Shown: positions 1 to 9,414 of the stretch, in pieces
Layout of the letters: each line of letters starts with the position of its first letter
Position numbering within the stretch: the stretch's first letter is position 1
Assembly (NCBI GenBank): GCA_964407295.1
Contig: CAYOVE010000001.1
Location: 6,450-70,449, forward strand
Direction of reading: 5' to 3'
DNA from: an uncultured Terracidiphilus sp.
Lineage (GTDB): Bacteria > Acidobacteriota > Terriglobia > Terriglobales > Acidobacteriaceae
Length of the DNA stretch: 64,000 nucleotides
Translations under genes and position numbers: made by a program
The notes under the pieces: generated by a model
Told to the model about the DNA's origin: nothing
The model's database searches: none
The model's input: only the letters and a program-made list of their open reading frames with translations

Positions 1-33
1 CCGTCGAACATGGCCGCAGTGGCGCTGCCGTAA
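1..33 (+). CDS. 3' end (partial) of a probable FN3-terminated surface protein, paralogous to the next gene
   Basis: Frame 1 reads PSNMAAVALP-stop (TAA 31-33), matching the C-terminus PSNVATVTLP-stop of the 934-2358 protein; only 10 codons are visible. Confidence 0.55.
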   Translation, partial: PSNMAAVALP

Positions 34-933
34 AGTTGGAGTCGTCTTAGGCCCGCGCGAATCAAGATTTTCCACAGGGAAATTTGTGCGCAGCTATGAA
101 TAAGTTACATGCGCCGCGGCGGCTAACTGCGTGAGCCAATCCAAGAAGCTTCCAGATTAATTGACCGGAACATCCGTTCTATGAAGGGTATGGAGAAATC
201 CACAGCCGGCGCGGCCGCTTTGGCCCCAGGATTGCCAGCAAGAAGCGTTCAATCCAAATAGGAAACCACTCCGGCGAATGGAATTCAGGCTCTATCTGCT
301 TCGTTCGCCGGCTAAGGTTTCACAGCAAGGGATGGCCCGTTTCATCGAGCCGCGTGTGTCCCGGCGAAGGTTGCCAGGCGATAGAGCTGCTCATGATCAC
401 AGGCAATTCCTGCATTTTAAAGGCCGGCACCAGGAGTGGGCGATTCCCTGGACATTGATGAATAGTTTGTGGTTTTTTCCACAGCCATGCGGAAGGTATC
501 TTCAGGAATTCGTCCGCAATTACATCCCGATTTGTAACTCAAGTCTGCGAGGATGCTGTCAGGAATGGTTTAAGTGACTCGCATCGCGCGCTCGAAGCAA
601 GACATTGGTCGTAAATTCCAGAGGGCGTGAAGCACAAGTTCCAATTGCTCCGCCGTGTTCCCCACGCGGCAGGCTTGGATTCGTCCTTGACGACGGTAAC
701 CGGGACGTGAGGATTTTCACTTACCCCAAATGCAACAAATGACGAGCGAGTTCCACCGGGACTCAATCGCTTGAGCAAGACTGCGGATACACAAGAGCGT
801 AGTGACCTGCGGCACTGATGATTCTTAGCCGCTGGCGCCAAATGAGTACGCTGGCCAGGATAGAAGAAACGAAAAGTCACGAGCGGATACAGGGCTGCGG
901 ACAAAACAATACGAGCAATAAAGGTTTTCTCGA

Positions 934-2358
934 GTGATTCTGTTGCGCGACATTTTTTCTTGCGTAGCGTTTGATGATGCAATCGCAAGGACGCGGGCAT
1001 CCTGGGCTCCTAGGCCACGGCGGAGTCGTCGCGGAATCGGCCCGCGAGTGTGCTTTGCAAGCCGCGGTCGCGACCGTTCGGTTTTCCTTTCGTGCATTTT
1101 TATTTTGTTCTCTTCCTGCGCGCCATTCTTGCTGAGTGGTTGCTTAGGCGGGCAGATCATTGGCGCGAACGCAAGCACAGGATCTCTGCAGGTCACTCCA
1201 AACAGTGTCAGTTTTGGGAGTGTACCGCTAGGAACGACGACAAGCACGAGCGTTTCCCTGGTGAATCAGGGTTCGGCAGCAGTTCAGGTTTCGCAGGTGA
1301 GTCTGGCGGGACAGTCGTTTACTGTTAGCGGCGCGGGCGCGCTGCCCATCACGGTGGCCGCCGGCGGCACGTTGAGCATTAGCGTGAATTTCTCACCCGC
1401 CGCCACGGGAACGGCGACCGGCGAACTGACAATCTCAAGCAACGCGGCTAATGATGGAACGGTTGTGGTCGGACTGAGCGGGACGGGCACATCAGCGCCT
1501 GCAGCAAACACGACGAATCTAAGTTCGTTGAGTTGCGACACCGCATCAATGACAGGGGCGGGAGTGGATAGCTGCACGGTAACGCTGGGCGCGGCTGCGC
1601 CAAGTGGCGGGACTCCGGTTAACCTGTCCAGTAACGATCCTGCCGTCGTAGTTCCGGCGATGGTGACGGTGCCGGGAGGCGCGATTAGAGCGGCCTATTC
1701 AGCAACGATATCTTCTGTGAGCACGGCCCAGACGGCAATACTGACGGCCAGTGCGGGTGGGGTTTCGGAAGAGTTTCCTCTGCAACTAAATGTTGCCGCG
1801 GCAGGACTTAATATCAATGCGACAAGCGTGGCATTTGGCACCGTGCCGGTGAATACGGCGGTGACGCAGTCCGTGGCAGTGACGGCTTCAGGACCCTTGC
1901 CTTTTGCCGTCACTGCAGCGACTGTGCAGGGAGCCGGCTTCTCGATCTCGGGCGCGACGTTCCCGCTCGCGCTGACGGATGGTCAGACGGCAACGATCGA
2001 TGTCACTTTCGATCCGACTGCCGCGGGAGCATCGACGGGGCAGTTGATCATCGTAAGCACCTCTCTTACAGGCGGCGAGGCGGTGGTTAGCTTAAGCGGA
2101 ACCGGGGAATTGGTAGAAGTCAATTTGAGCTGGGATGCGCCCGCGAGCTCTCCCGATCCGGTGGCCGGCTATAACGTCTACCGCGCACCCGACGGTAGCA
2201 ATTCGTACCAGCTTCTGTCTTCGGTGAGCAACAGCCAACTTACATACACCGATACCAGCGTTCAGGCCGGGCTAACCTACGACTATCTCGTTGAAAGTGT
2301 CGACGCTTCTGGTGTAACCAGCGCTCCTTCCAACGTGGCCACCGTGACGCTTCCATAG
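934..2358 (+). CDS. Secreted/lipoprotein with choice-of-anchor-D (ASH/Ig-like) domains and a C-terminal fibronectin type III domain
   Basis: Ser/Thr/Gly-rich; two 'SVxFGxVP...F.P.A.G..TG.L.I.S' Ig-like repeats; FN3 motifs LSWDAP, GYNVYR, YTD, YxYxVESVD; lipobox-like LSG-C (Cys at 1141). True start is probably later than 934 (e.g. GTG 1048). Confidence 0.8.
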   Translation: MILLRDIFSCVAFDDAIARTRASWAPRPRRSRRGIGPRVCFASRGRDRSVFLSCIFILFSSCAPFLLSGCLGGQIIGANASTGSLQVTPNSVSFGSVPLGTTTSTSVSLVNQGSAAVQVSQVSLAGQSFTVSGAGALPITVAAGGTLSISVNFSPAATGTATGELTISSNAANDGTVVVGLSGTGTSAPAANTTNLSSLSCDTASMTGAGVDSCTVTLGAAAPSGGTPVNLSSNDPAVVVPAMVTVPGGAIRAAYSATISSVSTAQTAILTASAGGVSEEFPLQLNVAAAGLNINATSVAFGTVPVNTAVTQSVAVTASGPLPFAVTAATVQGAGFSISGATFPLALTDGQTATIDVTFDPTAAGASTGQLIIVSTSLTGGEAVVSLSGTGELVEVNLSWDAPASSPDPVAGYNVYRAPDGSNSYQLLSSVSNSQLTYTDTSVQAGLTYDYLVESVDASGVTSAPSNVATVTLP

Positions 2359-2395
2359 GCGGCACCTGAACAAAATTCCGATGACAGGTGCAGGC

Positions 2396-2430
2396 AATAA
2401 AAAAGGCTGCAGTCTGGGGACTGCAGCCTT
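2396..2430 (-). terminator. Intrinsic terminator of the minus-strand operon (possibly bidirectional)
   Basis: Perfect 12-bp inverted repeat AAGGCTGCAGTC-TGGG-GACTGCAGCCTT (2403-2430), followed on the minus strand by a T-rich run; lies between convergent genes. Confidence 0.8.
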
Positions 2431-2492
2431 GGGCCTTGCATCGCGATGTTAGAGCCGCATGACGGAGTGCGCTCACCAGTGGGCTTGGGAAG

Positions 2493-3743
2493 TTAGAACC
2501 CTTTCTTGACCGCCAGATAAGGTATCAGAAGGATTTCTGCGAGTGCCGGCAATGGGTCCTCACGGCTGAAGACAGCTTCAACATTGGTGTTTCGAAGTGA
2601 GCGAAAGTAAGAGATGATATCCGTGTCTCCGCTCAACATGGCGACGGCCGCGGCGGGCAGATCTGTTGCCATGCGCATCCACCCAACGCCCGGCTCTGCC
2701 CGGCAGTGTGGAACCGGCAGACCAAGCTGATCCGAATAAAGCATGTAGCTAAAATCGACGCCGGCCGCCGGACCAAGAGAATGGTATCCCCATGTACGCG
2801 CATTGACGTCCAGCAGTTTGAATTGGCCGTCACGAGGATCAAGTTTGTACTCCAGCTCTACGAGGCCGTAATAATTTGCGGCCCTGAGAAATCGAAGGGA
2901 GTAATCCTCCAGAATGGGAATATCGACGGTTTCAACATAGGTGCTGGCTCTGCCAAACTCGAGTGGGTGCTGACGGCGGCGGCGCACAACCATGCTTCCG
3001 ACCGTTTCTCCGTCCCGGAAGAATGCGCAATACCCAAATTGCTGAGTCCCTCCACCCGGAATCAGTTCCTGAACCATGACCTCTCCGGGCTCGACCATCG
3101 CGGATGCCTTCAGGAAAAGAGAACGTAACTGATCGCGCGTGTCGGCCCGCCAGGCCTTGGCTTTTGTAGCGTAAATAAAGTGTTCCTTAATAGCTGGCTT
3201 GATCGCGAATGGCGGATCAATGCTTTTAAGTTCATCGAGAGCGCCTAAATTTTCCGGATAGAAACAGCGCGGCGTTGGAATCCCCAGCTCCCGCGCAAGC
3301 TGATAAGTATTTCGTTTGTCCCACGCCCACTGAACGCTGCTCCACGCCGGAGTAGGCACGCGAAACGACCGGCTCAGCCGATCGCGATGGCGCGAAATAG
3401 CGGCCACCAGCTCTTCTCGAGTGGGATAGAGTATCCATCCGGGTAACCCCAGACGATCGGCAACAGCCAAAAGCGAGTCAACAATGACGCCTTCGTCGCG
3501 GAGGCTCGGAACCCTGATGAAATGCGTACAGTATTTCGAATAGCGGGAGATCGAATGCTCGTCGTCGACAACGCATACTGGCACGCCTCGCCGCCCAAGA
3601 CTACGGAGAATTCCCAGGCCCTGATAATCGCCGCCAATCACAACCGCACCTGGACAGGGCCCCGCCGCAACTTCTGCGCGAATTTGCGTCACATCGCTCT
3701 GCTCGACATTCAAAGAGTCAACTCTTTCGATGTCCATTCCCAT
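2493..3743 (-). CDS. ATP-grasp carboxylate-amine ligase (D-aspartate-ligase-like)
   Basis: GLGILRSLGRRG, DKR, IKPA, VQELIPGG, ELEYKLDPRDG, LLDVNAR ATP-grasp motifs. Confidence 0.85.
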   Translation of the reverse strand: MGMDIERVDSLNVEQSDVTQIRAEVAAGPCPGAVVIGGDYQGLGILRSLGRRGVPVCVVDDEHSISRYSKYCTHFIRVPSLRDEGVIVDSLLAVADRLGLPGWILYPTREELVAAISRHRDRLSRSFRVPTPAWSSVQWAWDKRNTYQLARELGIPTPRCFYPENLGALDELKSIDPPFAIKPAIKEHFIYATKAKAWRADTRDQLRSLFLKASAMVEPGEVMVQELIPGGGTQQFGYCAFFRDGETVGSMVVRRRRQHPLEFGRASTYVETVDIPILEDYSLRFLRAANYYGLVELEYKLDPRDGQFKLLDVNARTWGYHSLGPAAGVDFSYMLYSDQLGLPVPHCRAEPGVGWMRMATDLPAAAVAMLSGDTDIISYFRSLRNTNVEAVFSREDPLPALAEILLIPYLAVKKGF

Positions 3744-4920
3744 CGGCCGCGCAAATGGAGCGAAGCAATTCTGTTGAGGCGAATTCGGTTCCGGAGACGA
3801 ATCCGACGATGGGCCCGAAGCTATATGCTGCCGGCTTGCCCAGGATATGCAGACCAGGGACGGACGTTTCCAGACCGCGCTTCAGGATCGGGTAGCCATT
3901 CACGGTTTTCAATTGTTTCACCAGGGAGTCCGCGAGAAATCCGTAACGCGTGATATCCACGCGATATCCTGTCGCGAGCAGGGCGTGGTCGACGAGCCGC
4001 TCAGTTCCGTCATTCAGCTTTAAGCGAATCCGGCCGCCTGAAACTTCCGCCATGACTACGCGCAGGCCAAAACTAACAGGCACCCCGGCAATTCGAGACT
4101 TCAGCCACCCCGCAACTGCAGGACGAATGGCGCGGTAGGCCGCTCGCTCCTGAAACCAGCGCGGAAATCTCTTGAAAACATGCGGCGCCGCGACAAGACG
4201 GCTGATCCCGGCCGGACCGACATCGCGCGAGGAATAGAGCATCTTCGACACCAGCCCAAGATGGTGGAGACGGGGATGCAGACCGACCCAGCGGAGACTG
4301 TCACGACGGCAAATTACTTCGACTTCCGCACCAGCCTCTATCAGCAGCGCGGCCGATTCCAGGGCGCTTTGTCCCGATCCAATTACAACAACGGATTTTC
4401 CGCTGAATTTTGCGAGATCCTTATGCTCACTGGAATGCGAAGACAAAGCGGGGGGAATTCGATCGAATTCGGAAGGGCGACGCTGGAAGGAATGGATTCC
4501 GGCGGCCACGACAACGCGCTCGGAGCGAAAGTTTTCGCCGTCCGCGAGCGTGATTCTGAATCCATTGTTTTCCTGCTCTATGAGCCGAATACGCCGCGGG
4601 TCAAGATCAGGTACAGCGGCCCCCTGAAACCACTGGCCGTAAGCGACGAAGCCATCGATCGGGATGGGTTTGGAGAACTGAAAACCGTTTTGACTGCAAA
4701 AGGCATCGAGTGTCAGCTTCTTTTCAGGATCGGCGATGTGCGACGCGCCCCAGCTGGACCGCAGGCACATTCCCTTCGGCATCTGATCCTGCCAAAATGA
4801 CATGGATTGGCCAAATATGCGGACTTCCTTGCCCGCGGCGCGCAGATACGCAGTTGCGGACAGTCCGTAGGGTCCTGCTCCAAGAATTGTGATCTGGCAA
4901 TCGGCGGAACTTCGATTCAT
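3718..4920 (-). CDS. FAD/NAD(P)-dependent oxidoreductase (two-dinucleotide-binding, monooxygenase-like)
   Basis: GAGPYG FAD motif, GSGQSA NAD(P) motif, ATGY motif. Confidence 0.85.
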   Translation of the reverse strand: MNRSSADCQITILGAGPYGLSATAYLRAAGKEVRIFGQSMSFWQDQMPKGMCLRSSWGASHIADPEKKLTLDAFCSQNGFQFSKPIPIDGFVAYGQWFQGAAVPDLDPRRIRLIEQENNGFRITLADGENFRSERVVVAAGIHSFQRRPSEFDRIPPALSSHSSEHKDLAKFSGKSVVVIGSGQSALESAALLIEAGAEVEVICRRDSLRWVGLHPRLHHLGLVSKMLYSSRDVGPAGISRLVAAPHVFKRFPRWFQERAAYRAIRPAVAGWLKSRIAGVPVSFGLRVVMAEVSGGRIRLKLNDGTERLVDHALLATGYRVDITRYGFLADSLVKQLKTVNGYPILKRGLETSVPGLHILGKPAAYSFGPIVGFVSGTEFASTELLRSICAADGNGHRKS

Positions 4921-5030
4921 GGCTTGCTTTCCTCTATATGAGCCGCGGCGAACGATTGTCTATCGTCCGCGGTGCGGGTCCTAAATAGTTAAGCTTGAGA
5001 GACTGTGTGAATGACACCGGAATCCGCGGC

Positions 5031-6416
5031 CTACGCGGTCGCTCGCGTAGTGCTGCTCACATCAAATTGTTCAGCGCGCGGCGACTTTTTAAGTGAATAA
5101 ACGATCCGCCCATCTTCCTCGCTGGCATACGCGATCGAGGCGCGCTCACTGCCCTCACCTTCAATGCGCCAGCCCTGGTCTGTTTCGACCAATTCCATTG
5201 CCGCGCGTTGCCGCCACCATCGGTTCACGCTACCTGGCGTGGCGACCCAGACACCGCATTCCCGACGCAGCTGGTCAAGATGACTGAGCAACTCCTTGTA
5301 GACGCCGAGCTCGCGAGGATGCATCACATAGTCGGGATGGACAATGAAGCTCATGCAGCCATGCTTTTCCATGATGTTCTTTGCCTGCTGTTTCCAGAGG
5401 CAGATCGAATAGTCGCGCAGAATGTTGTGGAGCGTATAATCCTGCACCATTGTCACCGGGATTTCAAGGATTCCGTTGTCAAAGAAATATGGCATGACCG
5501 TGCAACATCCGCCTCGCTGGGGATCGAGATGCGCCACGTTGGGGACGGACATGTCAAACGAGAATTTCAGTGCGTCATACCACACCTGCTTGCGATAGAG
5601 CACCGCAGCGCGGAATCCTTCGGCGCCGAATTCCCTTCCATATGCATTGATTTTTTTTGCCCTGCGGAGAAACTGTTCGCGGTCTCTATAGAGGTGGCCA
5701 TCGTGGTTGAGGTCGTGGACACAAACTTCGAATCCGCGCGCGCGAATGTCCCCAAGAAACTCGGGGCAAGCCCGGTAACGCTCTTCCGGGACAATTTGAA
5801 AGGAGGCCTTGATTCCGAAGGAGTCGTCGATGTCCATCAAGTCTCGACAGTAGTCATAGCCGGCCTGCGTTTCAACATCGTGCGTCATCACCGCGCAGCT
5901 GGAGCTGTCGTGCGGCCAAAACCATACGAATGGAATGCGTTCCTTATCTCCGGCGCGCAGAGACAGGAGCATAAGCCGTTCCATCAGGCTATCAACCGAG
6001 CAATCTACCGGCCAGGAAGGGAAGGTAAACTTCTGCCAGTCCCGAAGGTGCAGCTTCTGCAAATGCCGGCGCACAGGAACGGGCAACAACGGCCGCATGA
6101 AGTAATACAGCCGAGACAGAGCCAACAGGCGCCCTGAGCGCCACTCGCCGACATAGGATTCTTGACGAAGGTTTTCAACCACCTGCGACGGATTGAATGG
6201 CAAGCATGCCCTGCCCGCGTCGATGACAACCTCATCGAGCGCGTCATGGAGGGATTCGGCGGGAACTGGAGTGGGCTGTTGCGCGCGATAGTTTCCGAAG
6301 CAAGTCGCGTCTGCACCGAAGCGAAAGTATCCGCCGGGCGCAGCAGGAGTATCACGCCAGACGATGCGATCAAACCGTTCAGGGCAACGGAAATATTGGT
6401 TTAACAAGCTGCTCAT
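5031..6416 (-). CDS. Polysaccharide deacetylase-like (NodB/CE4 fold) protein
   Basis: MTHDVE, EVCVHDLNHDG metal-binding His pair, GFRA, LEIP, HPDY; ATG 6416 chosen over GTG 6434. Confidence 0.7.
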   Translation of the reverse strand: MSSLLNQYFRCPERFDRIVWRDTPAAPGGYFRFGADATCFGNYRAQQPTPVPAESLHDALDEVVIDAGRACLPFNPSQVVENLRQESYVGEWRSGRLLALSRLYYFMRPLLPVPVRRHLQKLHLRDWQKFTFPSWPVDCSVDSLMERLMLLSLRAGDKERIPFVWFWPHDSSSCAVMTHDVETQAGYDYCRDLMDIDDSFGIKASFQIVPEERYRACPEFLGDIRARGFEVCVHDLNHDGHLYRDREQFLRRAKKINAYGREFGAEGFRAAVLYRKQVWYDALKFSFDMSVPNVAHLDPQRGGCCTVMPYFFDNGILEIPVTMVQDYTLHNILRDYSICLWKQQAKNIMEKHGCMSFIVHPDYVMHPRELGVYKELLSHLDQLRRECGVWVATPGSVNRWWRQRAAMELVETDQGWRIEGEGSERASIAYASEEDGRIVYSLKKSPRAEQFDVSSTTRATA

Positions 6417-6751
6417 CGTATGGCTTGCAACCACGGGAACATGGCTTCTTTTCGATCCGACTGGATGTTCGGAAGTTGAAAAAAGAAAAGCATCGCAGTA
6501 AAACGAGGCTCAAAAGATCAGGGAGCGATATATCGCCGCTTAATCCGGCGGAGAGTCCAGCGTCCGGCGTACTTGGTCTACCCCGAGGTACCTGGGGCGG
6601 CCGGTCCTTTTCGGGAAACGGAGTTCTGAAGACGGAATTCGTGTAGAGGAAGTCTATCGAAATCTGTCAGCGATTGTCGAGAATAATTGAGAGGCCGAGA
6701 CCTTGCCACTGCAGCAATTCCAAGGTGTACCAAGCAGCGTCTGGAGCCCCT

Positions 6752-7897
6752 TTATTGTCTAGGGGGCGCGGCGCCAGTCGTTGCGGCAACGCAGGCGCGC
6801 AACCGGTCACAGAACACGCTCACAGCATCCTTCGGTACTGCATTTTCCACAGCCGCACGGGCCGCCTGGCCCATTTGAGCCCAATTCCCGCGCCGCTCCC
6901 ATGCCCGCTCCATGGCCTGGGAGAAAGACTCCACCGAAGGATAGGGCGCTACAAAGCCCGTTTGGCCATCAATGCATAGCTCCGCGTTGCCCCCAATATC
7001 CGTTACCACTGCGGGGCGACTGCACCACATCGCCTCCACCAATGCCAGCGGCAGGCCCTCAAAGCGCGATGGCAGGACCAGCAAATGGTTTTGCTTCCAG
7101 ATGGATGCAACGTCGTTGACGTATCCGCGAAAATGCACGCTTTTCAAATCGAACGCTTCGGCCATGCGGCGCAGAGCTTTCTCGTCAATGCCGGTGCCAT
7201 ATAAGTTCAGCTCAACGGGGCGGTCCCGCCATTCACTGCACGCCAGAGTTTGCAGCAACAAGTCCTGTCCCTTGGCCGCCAGGAAAAGCCGCGCCACGCA
7301 CGCCATCCGCCAAGTTCCCGAGTCATCCGGCCACGCCAAGGCGTTGTCAGGGGAAACATTGAAGGGGTTGCGAATCACCTCAGCATTGGGCAGCGGTTGG
7401 CTGATCTGGAGACGGAGCAGATCGAGATTCTTGTGAGAGACGCAGAAAACCTTGCGTGCGGCAGTGTAACTCGCGACGGCCTGATCGAACTTATCCTGGA
7501 ACCACCAATGCTCGCAATTGCAATGGACGATCATTACATACGGTACTGCCGCCTCACGGAAGGCCTCGGCCCACTCGAGTCCACCCGCATTGAACCCTTG
7601 AGAAATGACCGCCAGGTCGGGATGAAAGCGCTTCAGACGCTCATAGCACTTGCGGCTTTCCCGCGAGAGCCTGTGCCAGATTCTCAGAGCACGTGCAGAG
7701 TGATCCGAAGGGTGGGTTCTGAGCAGGATCCCCTGCTGCTCGAGGGCCGTGACCCTCTCTGACAGGCGCGACCTGTGCGGTACTGACGCCATCACTTCGT
7801 GCCCTTGCTGCTTGAGTCGGCTGGCAGTCTGGCTCCAAAGCTCCTCGCTTCCGCCCCACTGCGCCTCCTGCATTGTGCTGATGAACGCGATTCTCAT
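6752..7897 (-). CDS. Glycosyltransferase family 4
   Basis: WGGSE N-terminal motif, KGQD, LPSRFEGLPLALVEAM (EX7E); ATGA overlap with the upstream stop. Confidence 0.9.
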   Translation of the reverse strand: MRIAFISTMQEAQWGGSEELWSQTASRLKQQGHEVMASVPHRSRLSERVTALEQQGILLRTHPSDHSARALRIWHRLSRESRKCYERLKRFHPDLAVISQGFNAGGLEWAEAFREAAVPYVMIVHCNCEHWWFQDKFDQAVASYTAARKVFCVSHKNLDLLRLQISQPLPNAEVIRNPFNVSPDNALAWPDDSGTWRMACVARLFLAAKGQDLLLQTLACSEWRDRPVELNLYGTGIDEKALRRMAEAFDLKSVHFRGYVNDVASIWKQNHLLVLPSRFEGLPLALVEAMWCSRPAVVTDIGGNAELCIDGQTGFVAPYPSVESFSQAMERAWERRGNWAQMGQAARAAVENAVPKDAVSVFCDRLRACVAATTGAAPPRQ

Positions 7898-9414
7898 TTC
7901 AAATTTCCGCAAGACTGATTTTCCGCAGTCTTCGGTTGAAGAAGACGCGCGAAGAATGCGGCGCTGGTATCGATACTTGCCCGGTTGGCGAAGTATTCGC
8001 GCGCGTTTTTGAGCACTTCCATCCGCGCCTTTGCAAAGGCATGCCCATCGGTTAGGAGCTCGACGATCCGGCGAAATGCGGCTTCAGGAAGCAGGGTTTG
8101 CTGGGGAGAAAAGCATGCAAATTCGCCGGACGTGTAGCCATTCTCCGTTTCGAGGAAGATCGCCGGCAGCCCGCAGGCGGAAGCAGCGGCGAGAACTCCG
8201 CTGAAAATACCGGCGATGACGGACGAGCGGCGGAGATCATCTTCAAGACTCCAGGAAGGGTGTGAAAGTTCGCAGCGGCCAGGATGCTGGCGCGCAAGCC
8301 GCTGGCAGGCATCGAGATCGAGATTGTTCCAGTAGGGATGGGGCCGGATAATCACGCGCCTGAGTGGAGCATCGGAATTCAACAGCCGCTCAGCCAATTC
8401 CAGCAGGGCATCGCACTGGCTCTGGACGCCATAGAAGTCCCCGGCAACGACAGGAACATCGACGAGGAGCAGCGTCTGGCGTTCGAATTGGTCGGGCAAA
8501 TCGATTACCTCATCGATAAGGCTTCCGCCATTCACATATTCGACAGGCGGCTCCGGCATCCCAACCGCCTGAAAGAATCGCCGGTTCATTTGCTCCAGAA
8601 AACGTGCGGAGGGCTCCCCGAACGCGACATACTTGGAGGCTGTCACGGGAACGTCAAGGGTGTGGCCAATCACTCCCTGTTGAAAGGCGATCACCGGTTT
8701 TCCTCGCTGCCGAGCCGTGCGGCATACAGGACTGCAGAGCGCGTGCCAATGGCAACGGGCGACGACGGCATCGAATTCAACAAAGGGCGCCAGGCGCTCC
8801 CACGCCTCCACGTAGTTAGCGAGCCGATGGAAACCAGCTTCGACTTCCAGGCCCGGACTCAGCCCGTGCGGTTCAAGAATTTGGACTGCTTCCCGAAAAG
8901 CGGAGCGCGAGCGCTCCCAGGCGAGCTTTGAGCGCAGGCGCCCCTCGATCGGATTCAAGGGAAAAACCGGATCGATGAACTCGACTTGTCCGCTTCGCCC
9001 TTCAGCTTCAAGTTGAGTGGTCAATTCGTTCCTGCACGGAGAATCGGCGGGAAGCAGACAAATGATCTTCGCATCGGTTCGCGCGATACCCAGCAGAATA
9101 CGAACGAAAAGACTCGCCTCGGTTTTTCGACGGAGGTCCGGATTGGGGCAAACAAGTACGTCCGCCTTCAATTTGCGGCGCGAGCTAACTCCACTGAGCT
9201 TGTAGGCGCATCGAATCGTCCAGGAGAGGAGCGGGCTGGAAGCGCGCACGCCGGCGGATCTTGCTCGCCGGCTGGTGAGCTGGTCCAATTGAAGCGCCTC
9301 AAAATAGTCCTGAAAGCCGGGATCATTGCGGTAAAGGAGCACCTGCTTTTGCGAAAATTCGGCAATGTGGTTTGCCGGCGAATGAATCAAACCAACGAGA
9401 TCCATGTGGGTCAA
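7894..9414 (-). CDS. Hypothetical GT-B-like protein, candidate nonulosonate (sialyl-type) transferase
   Basis: 506-aa ORF translationally coupled on both sides; FQQG and IIRPHP motifs resemble the QHG/KxHP motifs of CMP/CDP-donor GT-B transferases. Function is inferred. Confidence 0.5.
   Translation of the reverse strand: MTHMDLVGLIHSPANHIAEFSQKQVLLYRNDPGFQDYFEALQLDQLTSRRARSAGVRASSPLLSWTIRCAYKLSGVSSRRKLKADVLVCPNPDLRRKTEASLFVRILLGIARTDAKIICLLPADSPCRNELTTQLEAEGRSGQVEFIDPVFPLNPIEGRLRSKLAWERSRSAFREAVQILEPHGLSPGLEVEAGFHRLANYVEAWERLAPFVEFDAVVARCHWHALCSPVCRTARQRGKPVIAFQQGVIGHTLDVPVTASKYVAFGEPSARFLEQMNRRFFQAVGMPEPPVEYVNGGSLIDEVIDLPDQFERQTLLLVDVPVVAGDFYGVQSQCDALLELAERLLNSDAPLRRVIIRPHPYWNNLDLDACQRLARQHPGRCELSHPSWSLEDDLRRSSVIAGIFSGVLAAASACGLPAIFLETENGYTSGEFACFSPQQTLLPEAAFRRIVELLTDGHAFAKARMEVLKNAREYFANRASIDTSAAFFARLLQPKTAENQSCGNLK

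Noticed and set aside
68-483. TTTTCCACA DnaA-box-like 9-mers at 68 and 475 suggesting a replication origin
   Set aside because: Only two mismatched copies, with no AT-rich unwinding repeats and no dnaA or rep context
278-1247. Short ORFs 278-577 (+), 539-1000 (-) and 825-1247 (-)
   Set aside because: Atypical composition, no motifs, and two of them overlap the real plus-strand gene
4943-4972. Bulged hairpin CCGCGG...ACGAT/ATCGT...CCGCGG in an intergenic gap
   Set aside because: No U-tract; it may be a stabilising stem but is not supportable as a terminator
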